Below, piece after piece: positions 38,743 to 48,849 of a DNA stretch of 64,000 bases. Made by a program: the position numbers and the translations under genes. Below the pieces are notes generated by a model. That model saw only the letters and a list, made by a program, of their open reading frames with translations, did no database searches and was not told where the DNA came from. Each line of letters starts with the position of its first letter. The stretch's first letter is position 1. Where the stretch lies: positions 42,006 to 106,005 of the forward strand of contig JBEIFX010000002.1 of NCBI GenBank assembly GCA_040382195.1. The letters run 5' to 3'. Origin of the DNA: Halobacteriovoraceae bacterium (GTDB lineage Bacteria > Bdellovibrionota > Bacteriovoracia > Bacteriovoracales > Bacteriovoracaceae).

Positions 38743-39108
38743 GTGCAAAAAATCATTGCCATTCTCGATGATGAACCGGAAATGGAAGAAATCTACTCTC
38801 TTCTTCTGGATGAAGAGATTTTAAAGAAAAAAATAAATTTTCATTTCTTTTCTGATGCCCGGATCTTTGCTCGATGGATCGAGGAGAACAAACCAGACAT
38901 AGTCATGACTGACATAAATATGCCTTACTTCACCGGTCATGATGTGACTCGAATTGTAAAATCTAAATGTCCATCTACAAAAACTTTTTTCGTTAGTGGA
39001 GACGATGAATTCGAGCACTCACAAATGATGAGCGAATTAGGTGTTAATACCTATTTCTCCAAACCTATTGATCTCCAGGCATTCCAAGGAAGTCTCAATT
39101 TAATCTAG
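38743..39108 (+). CDS. Single-domain response regulator
   Basis: ILDDE, TDINMP, SG and SKP. Confidence 0.9.
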   Translation: MQKIIAILDDEPEMEEIYSLLLDEEILKKKINFHFFSDARIFARWIEENKPDIVMTDINMPYFTGHDVTRIVKSKCPSTKTFFVSGDDEFEHSQMMSELGVNTYFSKPIDLQAFQGSLNLI

Positions 39109-39115
39109 AGGCCTT

Positions 39116-41899
39116 ATGGTAGACTATTCCTGGGTTGTGACTCTGGCCAAAGAAGCAAGACCTCATGCTTCGGATTTGGCTTCACTGCTAGCTAGTGCGA
39201 TCTCTAAATTAAATTTCGATCCCGTCAGACCTCACGAACGTCGTCGGGCCCTTCTAATATTAATCCGCGACATCATTCAAATGGGATGCGATAGTGAAGG
39301 TTATCCTAAAAATGGATTTGAAAATACTGTCGAAGCAGTAACAACAATCGGAAAAGATTGGTTCAATAATGAAGGCTTTGATGCTGATAAGCTAAGACCC
39401 TACCTATCCGTCATTTTTTCCAATGTGCTTGAAAGAATCTCTCAACATCCGGAACTTCTTCAATACCTGGATGATTATGATCTCATTTCTGACATTGCTG
39501 GAATTATTGGTAGCAGATACATCCCTCTTTTTGGGTTATTCCCTGTCTTCGGTATCGGGGCAAAAAATCTTTCCCCCTTTCTCAAAGAACCCCTCTTCAG
39601 CTCCCTCTTCGAGCTCCGAGAAGAAGATTATCTGAAGCTATCACTCCTTTCTGAAAAAATATTTACTCACTATTATTCATTTTCAGTAAGACCATATTTA
39701 GAAGAGCTTCTTTCTCATAATGCCCGAGGAAGAATGCTTCTTCTACCACTAGTAGATGAAACTATTAAATGTCTTCCTCCGGAAAAGTGCATGACATCCC
39801 TTATCTATCTGATTTGTACGCCAAGAGAAGAACTTACTCATGGTAGAGTTGTATCAATTGTTCTTCAGGAACTCGGTGGTCTTTATGTGAAACTCGCCCA
39901 GATTATTTCTGAAATTGCCCCAGTTTCTCTTGCTAAGGAACTCAGGCATCAGCAAGATAAACTTGGAGGTATCTTTGGAAGTCAGGAGAGATCTTGGAAG
40001 TACGTCATGGAGATCTTTCGAAGACCGTCTTGGCAACGTTTGCGACACTTTATTGTTGTTCCTGAAACCACTTGTGCAAGCTTTGCGGGAGCATCAGTAG
40101 GAGCGATTTATGAATTCGCCCTGTCTGATCTTGGAAAGAAAAAACTCAGGACAACGAATCCTATCCTGATTAAAATACAAAGACCGGATCTGAAGGCCTT
40201 ATTTAATGATCAAGAGAAAAGTCTTATTGCTATTTTGGAAAGACTTCAATTAATGATCAGTCAAGAAGATCTTTCCCAAGCTGACATATCGGACCTCCGA
40301 GGAATCATGGCAACATTGAAGAGGAGCATCCAAAATTTTGCTGCCCAAAGTGTAACAGAACTTGATTTCCGAAGAGAGAAGAAAAATGCAGAACTTGTAC
40401 GAGAGGCCCTCCAGGGTAATTATCAATTAAAAGTACCTCGCTATTATCATGTTGAAGCTGATGTTTTGATTATGGAAAAAGTTGATGGGGGCAAAGTTAC
40501 ATCAGTGGTTAATTCTCGTTACCTTGAAAGAATAATTATTGCTGACATGGTAAGTGATGCCTATTTATATCTCATGTTTAAAAAAGGAATTATTTGGGCC
40601 GATCCCCACGCCGGTAACATCCTTTACGATCCAGAGAAGAATAAAGTAACCCTAGTCGATCTTAGTCCCTGCTACAAATGGGACAAACACACCATACATA
40701 TCTTTGTAGGATTTCTTTATCGACTTATTTTGAGTGACCATAAAGGTATCATCCAAAGCCTTAAAAAAATTGTCGAGGTTCCCGAAATTCTTGACCATCC
40801 TGAGACGGATGCCAGGATCAGGAGTTTTATTGACCGGGGAAACCAAGGTGCATTTATACGCTACCTCTCAGAATTTATGAGACTCCTAGGAGAATCCAAT
40901 ATCAACTTGAAGATAGAAGTGCAGGCGGCACTCCGTGGCATTACCCAGGTCTATCTTACATCTAGTTCCATCTCATCAAGAAATAGTTTCGGACCGATAT
41001 TTCAAAAACAGTTTGGGTGGAAGATGCTCCTTACTCAGATTCTTTCAATCGGACCTTTTAAAGTCTCAAGAGCAACACTTCCCATAGCTTTTGACCTGAT
41101 AAAAAACTCTCCTGAAGAGGAAATTGGACCAACCCTTGACGAGCGAGATATCAGTGCCATTCACGCTGCCATTGAACAATTAAAAAAGGAACATGTATGC
41201 AACATTGAACTTAAGAGATGCAGTCCTGAAGAAAACTCTCATCTTCTTCTTTCTACGGATGGGTCCCGACTCATCAAAAGTGCCCATCTTCGATTAGAGA
41301 TATTGACTGGTACAAGGCCAGCATCTGTTCTTTATGTGTTAGAGATCCCTTCGAAAGACTGGCTTCGAGAAAGACAGGAATACATAAAGCTTCAGGGTAT
41401 GGGATTTGCACTTTGCTTGGTTGAATGTCTCGAACAACTTCGACGTCATTCTCTTGAAAACTATTGGTATGTGGTAGAAAGCTGGAACTGTTCCCAAAAA
41501 AGCAGGACCCATAAAGAAAATGAACTCATTTCAGAAGTTCGAATTTCGGCGAGAATACTTTTTCAACAACGATTTAAAAACTTGTGGAATTCAGGCCTCA
41601 TGAAGGTCTCGGCGCAAAATCGTTTTCTTTGGAAAATACATAATTGGCTTGAGGTAAGATTTGAAAGGATTGAAAAAAGTCACTTTCAATTTATTAAAAA
41701 AAAAATAGGCCGAGAAAAAGTTGGTCAATATACTTTGGGAAGCATACACAGACTGAAGATAATTGTCTGTCGTTTATTGATTCATAGCATTAAATCAATT
41801 CTTAGGCGCTCAAAATTCGAGATGAATCTTTTACCAATTACAACTAATGAACTGATTGATCGAATGATTCACGGTCTCCTTCGCCAACGTGAAAAGTAA
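39116..41899 (+). CDS. ABC1/UbiB (AarF) family atypical kinase with long N- and C-terminal extensions
   Basis: LGGLYVKLAQ, ASVG, IKIQRP, ELDFRRE, MEKVDG and DPHAGN. Confidence 0.85.
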   Translation: MVDYSWVVTLAKEARPHASDLASLLASAISKLNFDPVRPHERRRALLILIRDIIQMGCDSEGYPKNGFENTVEAVTTIGKDWFNNEGFDADKLRPYLSVIFSNVLERISQHPELLQYLDDYDLISDIAGIIGSRYIPLFGLFPVFGIGAKNLSPFLKEPLFSSLFELREEDYLKLSLLSEKIFTHYYSFSVRPYLEELLSHNARGRMLLLPLVDETIKCLPPEKCMTSLIYLICTPREELTHGRVVSIVLQELGGLYVKLAQIISEIAPVSLAKELRHQQDKLGGIFGSQERSWKYVMEIFRRPSWQRLRHFIVVPETTCASFAGASVGAIYEFALSDLGKKKLRTTNPILIKIQRPDLKALFNDQEKSLIAILERLQLMISQEDLSQADISDLRGIMATLKRSIQNFAAQSVTELDFRREKKNAELVREALQGNYQLKVPRYYHVEADVLIMEKVDGGKVTSVVNSRYLERIIIADMVSDAYLYLMFKKGIIWADPHAGNILYDPEKNKVTLVDLSPCYKWDKHTIHIFVGFLYRLILSDHKGIIQSLKKIVEVPEILDHPETDARIRSFIDRGNQGAFIRYLSEFMRLLGESNINLKIEVQAALRGITQVYLTSSSISSRNSFGPIFQKQFGWKMLLTQILSIGPFKVSRATLPIAFDLIKNSPEEEIGPTLDERDISAIHAAIEQLKKEHVCNIELKRCSPEENSHLLLSTDGSRLIKSAHLRLEILTGTRPASVLYVLEIPSKDWLRERQEYIKLQGMGFALCLVECLEQLRRHSLENYWYVVESWNCSQKSRTHKENELISEVRISARILFQQRFKNLWNSGLMKVSAQNRFLWKIHNWLEVRFERIEKSHFQFIKKKIGREKVGQYTLGSIHRLKIIVCRLLIHSIKSILRRSKFEMNLLPITTNELIDRMIHGLLRQREK

Positions 41900-41998
41900 G
41901 AAAACATCTAGGCCGAGAAGGCATCGCGTTAGTGATTGATTCTCTATTCATGCTGAACCTTTTGACAGATACCATTGCCTGCGGCAGATTTTATTCAA

Positions 41999-42883
41999 AT
42001 GAAGTTTTTAGTACTGGTATTCGTCGTCTTTTCTTTTGTCGTTAAGGCAGGTCATCGTGATGAGGCCAGAGATATTCTTTTTCGGTTCAATCTTGAGCAT
42101 GATCCCTCGTTAAGATTAGAGCTCATCTCTAGATTATTTTTAAACTATCCATACGGTAAAGGAGGTCCACTCGGAGAAGGGATTAACGGCAAGTATGATC
42201 AAGATCCACTTTACCGGTTCGACACTTTTGACTGCACGACTTATGTAGAAACGATTACGGCACTGGCACTTTCTAAAGATGTCGAAGAATTCGAGTATAA
42301 ACTGAATAACATTCGCTATGAAGACGGTGACATTGATTATTTGAAACGCAATCACTTCACCGATCTCCAGTGGATCCCCGCAAATATCGAAAATGGGATT
42401 TTTAGTGAAATGACCCTCGATATTGCTTCTCCAGCTGACATTCTTATTGCCGAAGCCTTAATTGATTTTCCTGCTTGGATTCAATCCCATCGGGTTGATC
42501 AAATTAATGTACCCTTAGCAAGTCTTAAAGAAAGAGAGGAGCTCCTACGTCAACTTAAGGAAGAGTCCCATTACCCTGAGGCGCAAACTGTAAGGATCCC
42601 TTACCTTTCAATCAATATGATACTGGCCAGGCCACACCTATTGAAAAAGATTCCCTCTGGAGTCATCGTAAACTTCGTTAGGCCAAACTGGGACCTAACT
42701 GAAACAACAGGAACACACCAGAATATTTCACACCAAGGGTTCCTCTTCAGAATTAATAAAAGCCTCTACCTACGTCATGCAAGCTCAACGGGAGTCGTCG
42801 AAGAACTTCCTTTTATCGATTATCTGAAGAGATTCAGAAATCATCCGACCCTCAAAGGGATTCATCTTCTAAAAATTAACTAA
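41999..42883 (+). CDS. DUF1460 NlpC/P60-like N-acetylmuramoyl-L-alanine amidase
   Basis: Signal peptide from the ATG at 41999, FDCTTYVET (Cys), RNHFTD, SHQGF and HASS. Confidence 0.85.
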   Translation: MKFLVLVFVVFSFVVKAGHRDEARDILFRFNLEHDPSLRLELISRLFLNYPYGKGGPLGEGINGKYDQDPLYRFDTFDCTTYVETITALALSKDVEEFEYKLNNIRYEDGDIDYLKRNHFTDLQWIPANIENGIFSEMTLDIASPADILIAEALIDFPAWIQSHRVDQINVPLASLKEREELLRQLKEESHYPEAQTVRIPYLSINMILARPHLLKKIPSGVIVNFVRPNWDLTETTGTHQNISHQGFLFRINKSLYLRHASSTGVVEELPFIDYLKRFRNHPTLKGIHLLKIN

Positions 42884-43488
42884 ACCTTGTAGATGCCATC
42901 AAGGTTTGCCCCAAGAAAGCAAGCGTCAATTAAAACTTGATTAACTTTCGGAAGGCGCTTGAGCTCACTTAAACTTAGAAGCTCATAGTGAACAACGTTA
43001 TTGAAGCTTCTGCCGAGCTGAACCAGATTTTCATCTGTTGTTCTCCATTCCCAGTGATTGTAAAGATTTAGATTAATAGGTTGAGAGTAGGCATAAAGAG
43101 ATTTCTTCCCTTTACTGTTAAAATAGAATTCAAAGTAACTCATCACCAGTTCTCTAATAGAGGCATAAATTGGATCTCGCCCGCGAAGGAGAGTTGTATT
43201 TGATTTAGACAGACTTCCCCAGCCTCGTGGTCCTCGGTAAACAGTAATCACGTGATGATCGTCCTCTTCGGCCTGTAAGGAAACGATAAGTGGTTTTTCC
43301 CCGAGCGTCTCTAGTGCTGCCGCCGCAAGAAGACCTCCTTCAAGACAGTGGGCATCCCTTGAAATCATCACATATCGTGGAGAAGCAGCATCGTCGGCTG
43401 AGTTGTACTCAAGGTTATCAAGGTAGTCCTGAATTTTCCAAGGACGATTTAGAGAGCGAAAAAATCTTCTTTCTGATGGTGTCCACAT
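42880..43488 (-). CDS. Transglutaminase/papain-like fold hypothetical protein
   Basis: IQDYLDNLEYN, AHCLEGGLLAAA (Cys), DDHHVI (His) and GSLSKSN. Confidence 0.65.
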   Translation of the reverse strand: MWTPSERRFFRSLNRPWKIQDYLDNLEYNSADDAASPRYVMISRDAHCLEGGLLAAAALETLGEKPLIVSLQAEEDDHHVITVYRGPRGWGSLSKSNTTLLRGRDPIYASIRELVMSYFEFYFNSKGKKSLYAYSQPINLNLYNHWEWRTTDENLVQLGRSFNNVVHYELLSLSELKRLPKVNQVLIDACFLGANLDGIYKV

Positions 43489-43491
43489 GCA

Positions 43492-44460
43492 CTAAACAAC
43501 CTCGATAATGAGGTGATGTATGTTAAAATCTCCCTGAATGAGATCGCGATAATCACGAGAGCGCTGGTTCTGATTTCTTTGAATGATGATTTCACAACCC
43601 ACTTGGCCTGGAGAAAGTTTCCATAAATGGATATCGAGGACTTTGGAGCCATCGATCTCAAGTTTTTTCACAAGGTTTTCTCGATCAATTGAAATCTCAT
43701 GAGCATCTAGAAGATCCATCCCGGTCTGACGGATGAGTCCAAAGGACCATTTGAGAACGACAAATCCCCCCAAGATCCCGACAAGTGGATCAAGCCAGTT
43801 CCAGCCTTGCCATTTTCCGAGAATTAGGGCGAAGATTGCCAAAAGTGATGTCAGAGCATCAGTGAGGATGTGAATATAAGCACTCTGGTGGTTGTGATCG
43901 TGAACATGATTATGTCTGTTACCGGAATGAAGTTGGTTAGTATGGGGTTCTGGTGTAAGATTGTGATGGTGATGATGATCATGATCACAATGAGAATGGA
44001 CATGATCTCCATGGTTCTCATCCTTATGGAGAATAAGGGCACAGACGAGATTAACGATGAGACCAATAGTCGCCACAATCAAAGCCTCATTGTAGTGAAT
44101 GGCCTTAGCAACGTAAAAGTGAAGAAAGGATTCATAAATCATAGAACCAGCAATAAGTATCAGAAAGAGAGCACTAGTATAACCACCAAGAGATAGAATT
44201 TTCCCCCCACCAAATGTGAAACTGGACCGGAAAGACGGATGACGATAAAGATAGTAAACGATTAAAGACAGGAAAAGAGCAAGTGTATGGGAAGCCATGT
44301 GCCACCCATCGGCCAACAAAGCCATAGAACCTGACCAGTAACCGACGACGATCTCAACATTCATGGTTATAAAAGTAATGATAGTGACCCACTTGGTTTT
44401 CTTTTCGTTAGAAAGAAAAACACCCGTGTCTTTAAGGTCAATGCTACAATGAGGCTGCAT
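43492..44460 (-). CDS. dmeF: CDF family Co/Ni/Zn efflux transporter (DmeF-like)
   Basis: SMALLADGWHMASH, His-rich loop, HILTDALTS, LDP and DIHLW. RBS AGGAG before the ATG at 44460. Confidence 0.88.
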   Translation of the reverse strand: MQPHCSIDLKDTGVFLSNEKKTKWVTIITFITMNVEIVVGYWSGSMALLADGWHMASHTLALFLSLIVYYLYRHPSFRSSFTFGGGKILSLGGYTSALFLILIAGSMIYESFLHFYVAKAIHYNEALIVATIGLIVNLVCALILHKDENHGDHVHSHCDHDHHHHHNLTPEPHTNQLHSGNRHNHVHDHNHQSAYIHILTDALTSLLAIFALILGKWQGWNWLDPLVGILGGFVVLKWSFGLIRQTGMDLLDAHEISIDRENLVKKLEIDGSKVLDIHLWKLSPGQVGCEIIIQRNQNQRSRDYRDLIQGDFNIHHLIIEVV

Positions 44461-44847
44461 GCTGGCTCCTAAAGTCTCTATCTTATCTTTTACAAGGAAA
44501 AAAGTCCAAGAGTCCGACACTAGATAGAGCAGTAATCATGGTTATGACCACTTAAACACTCCTGGGTGATTCCAGATTGACAGATAGACCCCAATGGTGA
44601 GTAAGGTGCCTTAAAATAACTCCCACCCCCAAATATAAGTGTTTTAGGGATAGAATATATTTTATAGGGATCAAGAATAAGATAGCTAAAAGGTCGCAGG
44701 ATGGAAAAAGATGAATCAGAAGATTCCATAGCGTGGCGTTTCTTACCCACCAAAAAACCGCGAGCATTCCGACGAGTAGATACTGTTTTTTTTGCTAATT
44801 AAAAAACTCTAGCTCGAAATAAGAATTCACGATAACCTAAAAAACAA

Positions 44848-45522
44848 ATGCGACGAATTCTTGCCTTCTTCATACTTTGCTTCGTAAAAATTTTCTCTTT
44901 GCTTTTTTATCGAGGGAAATTTCATTGGCTAACTCCAATTCCTGCAAATCCATGGCAAGACATCAGGCTGATGGTCTTTTTAAATCATACTTCTCTTTAT
45001 GAGCCTTTGTTTTCTCAGTCCGTTCCATTTCATTACCTCTGGCACCTAGCGGGTCACTTCAATATTCCAGGAGCAGACATTACTCTAAAACGCCCAATCG
45101 TTGGAAGATTTTGGAAACTTATGGTTCCCAATATAGCGTCAATCTCGCGAAAAAAAGACGTTACCTGGGATAATTACCTCTGCTCTATCTCGATCACTGA
45201 CGTTGTGATGATTGCTCCAGAAGGCAGGATGAAAAGACCCAACGGTTTAGATAAATTCGGCGATCCCATGAACGTCAGAGGTGGTGTAGCCGATATCATC
45301 ATGAGTATGAATCAAGGGAAAATGCTTTTATGTCTTTCTGGAGGACTTCACCATGTTCAGGCCCCGGGGCAACATCTTCCAAGGCTTTTTAAAACCATTC
45401 GGATGAACTTCGCACTCCTAGATATTCCAACCTATAAAGAGACCTTCCCGTCCGATCCCCGGGAGATGAAACTAGCGATAGTGAAGGATCTTCAGCATCG
45501 ACTACAGACTGATTGTCCTTAA
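44848..45522 (+). CDS. Lysophospholipid acyltransferase (PlsC-like)
   Basis: NHTSLYE (H-x4-E variant) and APEGRMKR. Confidence 0.75.
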   Translation: MRRILAFFILCFVKIFSLLFYRGKFHWLTPIPANPWQDIRLMVFLNHTSLYEPLFSQSVPFHYLWHLAGHFNIPGADITLKRPIVGRFWKLMVPNIASISRKKDVTWDNYLCSISITDVVMIAPEGRMKRPNGLDKFGDPMNVRGGVADIIMSMNQGKMLLCLSGGLHHVQAPGQHLPRLFKTIRMNFALLDIPTYKETFPSDPREMKLAIVKDLQHRLQTDCP

Positions 45523-46172
45523 TAAGAATAAATTGAAAAATGCTCCTGATGATAAACTTTATTCAGTGAGGTAAGCCACTTATGTTCATGCTCGATAAGA
45601 CTTCGCACTCCCTTTCCCCTGGCGATGACCTTGAAGTGTTGATGGTCAGCAAGCTTCTCGAGTTTCTTAAGGATTCTACGCATGTGGGCAACTTTTCCAA
45701 AATCGTAGATAAAGTAGTAATCAGCACAAGGGAGTACCAGGTCTTCGTCCATAAGGTCTTGGCATAGAAGAACCGCGTTATTACAGTTCCATTTTTTTAG
45801 AATCCTTTGTCCCTCCTCGACCCTAACTCTAACGAGCTCAATGCCAATAAACCTAGTCTCGGGAAAATAGAATTTGAGAACTAGACCAAGTCTACCGTAG
45901 CCAGCGCCTAGATCAACCATCAGCTCGCGAGGAGATGGTTTCAGATGCTGGCAAATTTCCACTAATTCTTCGTAAGGGGTATTCAAAACTTGGGGATCTA
46001 GCCCTATCCAGACCTCATAACCCTGATAGAGTGCTTCACTAAAGTTCGCCATGACTCCTTGGGGTCTCATTGACTTTGCTTCATCCAAAAGGGAGGACTC
46101 AATTGACCCTATTTCAAGTCCAAAATATCGATCCACGTCTTTAGATGACCCTTTAAATATATCCTGGTTCAA
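45519..46172 (-). CDS. Class I SAM-dependent methyltransferase (DOT1-like)
   Basis: MVDLGAGYGRL, IGIE, QDL and YFIYDFG. Probable TTG start at 46172 behind an AAGGA RBS. Confidence 0.75.
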   Translation of the reverse strand: MNQDIFKGSSKDVDRYFGLEIGSIESSLLDEAKSMRPQGVMANFSEALYQGYEVWIGLDPQVLNTPYEELVEICQHLKPSPRELMVDLGAGYGRLGLVLKFYFPETRFIGIELVRVRVEEGQRILKKWNCNNAVLLCQDLMDEDLVLPCADYYFIYDFGKVAHMRRILKKLEKLADHQHFKVIARGKGVRSLIEHEHKWLTSLNKVYHQEHFSIYSY

Positions 46173-46276
46173 GCTAATCCTTCGTTGGGCTAAAAAAATT
46201 AGCAGATAAATATTACCATTTCCACTCAACAATTAACTTATTACAGGTAAAATAAGTGGAGTGAGGAATATTCAAC

Positions 46277-47068
46277 TTGAAAACGACCTATGTTTCTAAA
46301 ATGCCAGATGGAAGCGGCTGTATCGATTGGTCACCCATCGAGAATAAAACCTGGAATAACCTTATTTCCCGGCAAACAGAGATTGTCCAAATGAGGGCCT
46401 GTCCGGAATTTCTTGAGGGACTTCAGCGGATCGGATTCTCCCATACAGAAATTCCTCAACACCGAATGATCAATAAGAGACTGAAAGACTTTACTGGATG
46501 GGAAGTGGAAGTTGTCCCGGCCCTAATCCCAGCGAAGGAATTTTTTGATCTCTTGGCGAATAAAAAATTTCCAGCGGCCAGCTTCATCCGTCTACCAGAG
46601 GAGCTTGACTACATCCAGGAACCTGATATTTTTCATGAATTCTACGGTCACGTTCCACTTCTTACCTTCAAACAATACGCCCAATTTATGGAAGAATTTG
46701 GGAAACTTGCTCTCTCTATCAATCCTTCTGACAGGCGGAGGTTGTTTCGGCTTTTTTGGTTTACTATAGAATTCGGACTGGTTAACACTTCCGAAGGCAT
46801 CAAGGCCTACGGTGGGGGAATTCTTTCTTCGATCCATGAGACTGTCTATTCTCTGGAGTCTTCTAAGCCTATTCGTATGCCTTTTGACGTCTTGACTGCC
46901 TTAAGGACTCCCTATCGTATTGATATCCCGCAACCACTATACTACGTGCTTGAAGATTTTAAGAAAATTTTTAAATTTCTTGATTTAAATCTGGTCGAGC
47001 TCCTTAAGGAATCCAAAGAATTAGGGGATCTTACCCCAATGTTTGAGAAGTTAGGGGACGAACTTTAA
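46277..47068 (+). CDS. phhA: Phenylalanine 4-monooxygenase
   Basis: EPDIFHEFYGHVP, WFTIEFGL, YGGGILSS and PYRIDIPQPLYY. Confidence 0.95.
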   Translation: MKTTYVSKMPDGSGCIDWSPIENKTWNNLISRQTEIVQMRACPEFLEGLQRIGFSHTEIPQHRMINKRLKDFTGWEVEVVPALIPAKEFFDLLANKKFPAASFIRLPEELDYIQEPDIFHEFYGHVPLLTFKQYAQFMEEFGKLALSINPSDRRRLFRLFWFTIEFGLVNTSEGIKAYGGGILSSIHETVYSLESSKPIRMPFDVLTALRTPYRIDIPQPLYYVLEDFKKIFKFLDLNLVELLKESKELGDLTPMFEKLGDEL

Positions 47069-47159
47069 GACCTTGTAACTTTCACCCAAAAATAAAATCT
47101 CAAGACACTAATGAATATTTTTCTGGTATGTAAATCCATCTTCATCTCTGGAGGATCGC

Positions 47160-48014
47160 TTGAAAAATTTAATTGTTCTTTTCACTGTGCTTACGGCGGC
47201 AAATGCCTTCGCTTTTCCGGTTGCTCCTTTCAATGCTATGGAACGCTCTCAATTAAAGTCTCTAAACCGTCTCGAAAGCCTCCGTTATAATTTTGAAGGA
47301 ATCGTCAAGCTTTCTAATTGTTCAGGTGCTCTGATTTCTTTTAGCGGTCAGCCTAGAGTGAGTAAAGCGATTGTGATGACCAATGGTCACTGTATCCAAA
47401 AACCTGGAGGGTATCTATCTCCTGGAGAGGTTTTGATTAATAAAAATGTAGCACGACCCATGAAAATTTATGATGCTTCCATGAATCTCACTAAAGTCGA
47501 TGCCACAAAAATAATCTATGCCACCATGACAGATACTGATGTGGCATTTTATGAGCTCAGTGAATCTTATGAGGAAATCGAGACGCGAACCGGAGTTAGA
47601 CCTTTCCTGCTAGATACAAAAAAGCCTCTTGAAATGATGGAGATAGAAATCATCTCCGGTTATTGGGATCGAGGCTATAGTTGTGAAATTGATGGCTTTG
47701 TCTTTAAGATTCGAGAAGGGGCATGGACCTTCAGTGATTCCATCCGTTACACTGAAGGCTGTGATACTATTGGTGGAACATCTGGTTCGCCAATAATTGC
47801 CAAGGGCGAGCGACGTGTGGTTGCCATCAACAACACTTCTAACCAGGAAGGTCAGCGCTGTACGATAAACAATCCCTGCGAGGTTGATCTTGACGGAGAG
47901 ATTACAGTCAGGAAGGGTGTTCGTTACGGTCAGCAGACTTATCAGACCTATACCTGCCTTACACCTGACTTTAGGATTGATCTTCAAAGAGCAGGCTGTG
48001 ATTTGCCTAAGTAA
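47160..48014 (+). CDS. Secreted trypsin-like serine protease
   Basis: Signal peptide, TNGHC (His), TDVAF (Asp) and GGTSGSP (Ser). Confidence 0.9.
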   Translation: MKNLIVLFTVLTAANAFAFPVAPFNAMERSQLKSLNRLESLRYNFEGIVKLSNCSGALISFSGQPRVSKAIVMTNGHCIQKPGGYLSPGEVLINKNVARPMKIYDASMNLTKVDATKIIYATMTDTDVAFYELSESYEEIETRTGVRPFLLDTKKPLEMMEIEIISGYWDRGYSCEIDGFVFKIREGAWTFSDSIRYTEGCDTIGGTSGSPIIAKGERRVVAINNTSNQEGQRCTINNPCEVDLDGEITVRKGVRYGQQTYQTYTCLTPDFRIDLQRAGCDLPK

Positions 48015-48023
48015 TTAATATTC

Positions 48024-48788
48024 ATGTATATCAAGGGTCGCATGAAAGGCACATTTTTTAACAAACCGCTTGAATGGAACATTGAAACTTTGGGTGAAAC
48101 CTGGAGGCAAGGTGATGAACTCAAAGGATCACTACGAGTCAAAAATCATGGTACTGATGCTGTTGAATTAGATGAAGCTGGGGTCTCTCTTATTTTGGCA
48201 GAGATTAGAAAAGTTCAATCTCGCGCTGACGGCGCTCTCAAGCCGACTAACAAGGTTTCATTTACTGAAAAAATCCTTTTTCCAGGAAAAGAAAAAGAAC
48301 TTCTCTTTACTTTTCCTATTGATGCAAACGCAGCTATTACCGATAAAAAAGCAAGTTTCTACCTATGTTACGGCACTCATTTCGTCGAGGCCCAGCTACA
48401 AGTGAAGGTTGAACCAAAAGAACTTTTTCAAAAAGTTTCAGGTCTCCTTGATACCTTTCATCGCTTTAAGCTCAAAGAATGTAAGGCAAATAAAAAAGGA
48501 GTCGAGTTTAAATTTCAACCTCCTACTTCGAGAGAAATGGCCAACATCGACTCGCTTTTTGTAACTTATTTCATGGATAAGGATAATCTTGGAATGCGAT
48601 TTGAGTTCCATGTGAAAAAGCTGGACACAAGTTCAGCCACCACTAAACTCAATAAAGAAACCGTGAGTGTTGAACGCCTTCTTCCTTCGAAAGATTATTC
48701 TCTGGGAAAAGGAATGATCAACCAGGACAAGCTCTTAAAGACCCTTGAGGAAGTTCTTAGTGAAGTCAAAATGAAAGCCGTTTTCTAA
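48024..48788 (+). CDS. SpoOM/arrestin-like hypothetical protein
   Basis: N-terminal QGDELKGSLRV and FTFPI pattern typical of an Ig-like SpoOM region. Confidence 0.55.
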   Translation: MYIKGRMKGTFFNKPLEWNIETLGETWRQGDELKGSLRVKNHGTDAVELDEAGVSLILAEIRKVQSRADGALKPTNKVSFTEKILFPGKEKELLFTFPIDANAAITDKKASFYLCYGTHFVEAQLQVKVEPKELFQKVSGLLDTFHRFKLKECKANKKGVEFKFQPPTSREMANIDSLFVTYFMDKDNLGMRFEFHVKKLDTSSATTKLNKETVSVERLLPSKDYSLGKGMINQDKLLKTLEEVLSEVKMKAVF

Positions 48789-48849
48789 ACAAAAAAAGTC
48801 GGACATTCTTAAGCTTGATCTGGGGCCCGAGTCAGCCGAAAAGAAAGTT

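Noticed and set aside
43920-44030. CAT/CAC-rich low-complexity tract as a repeat element
   Set aside because: It is explained by the His-rich cytoplasmic loop of the CDF transporter.
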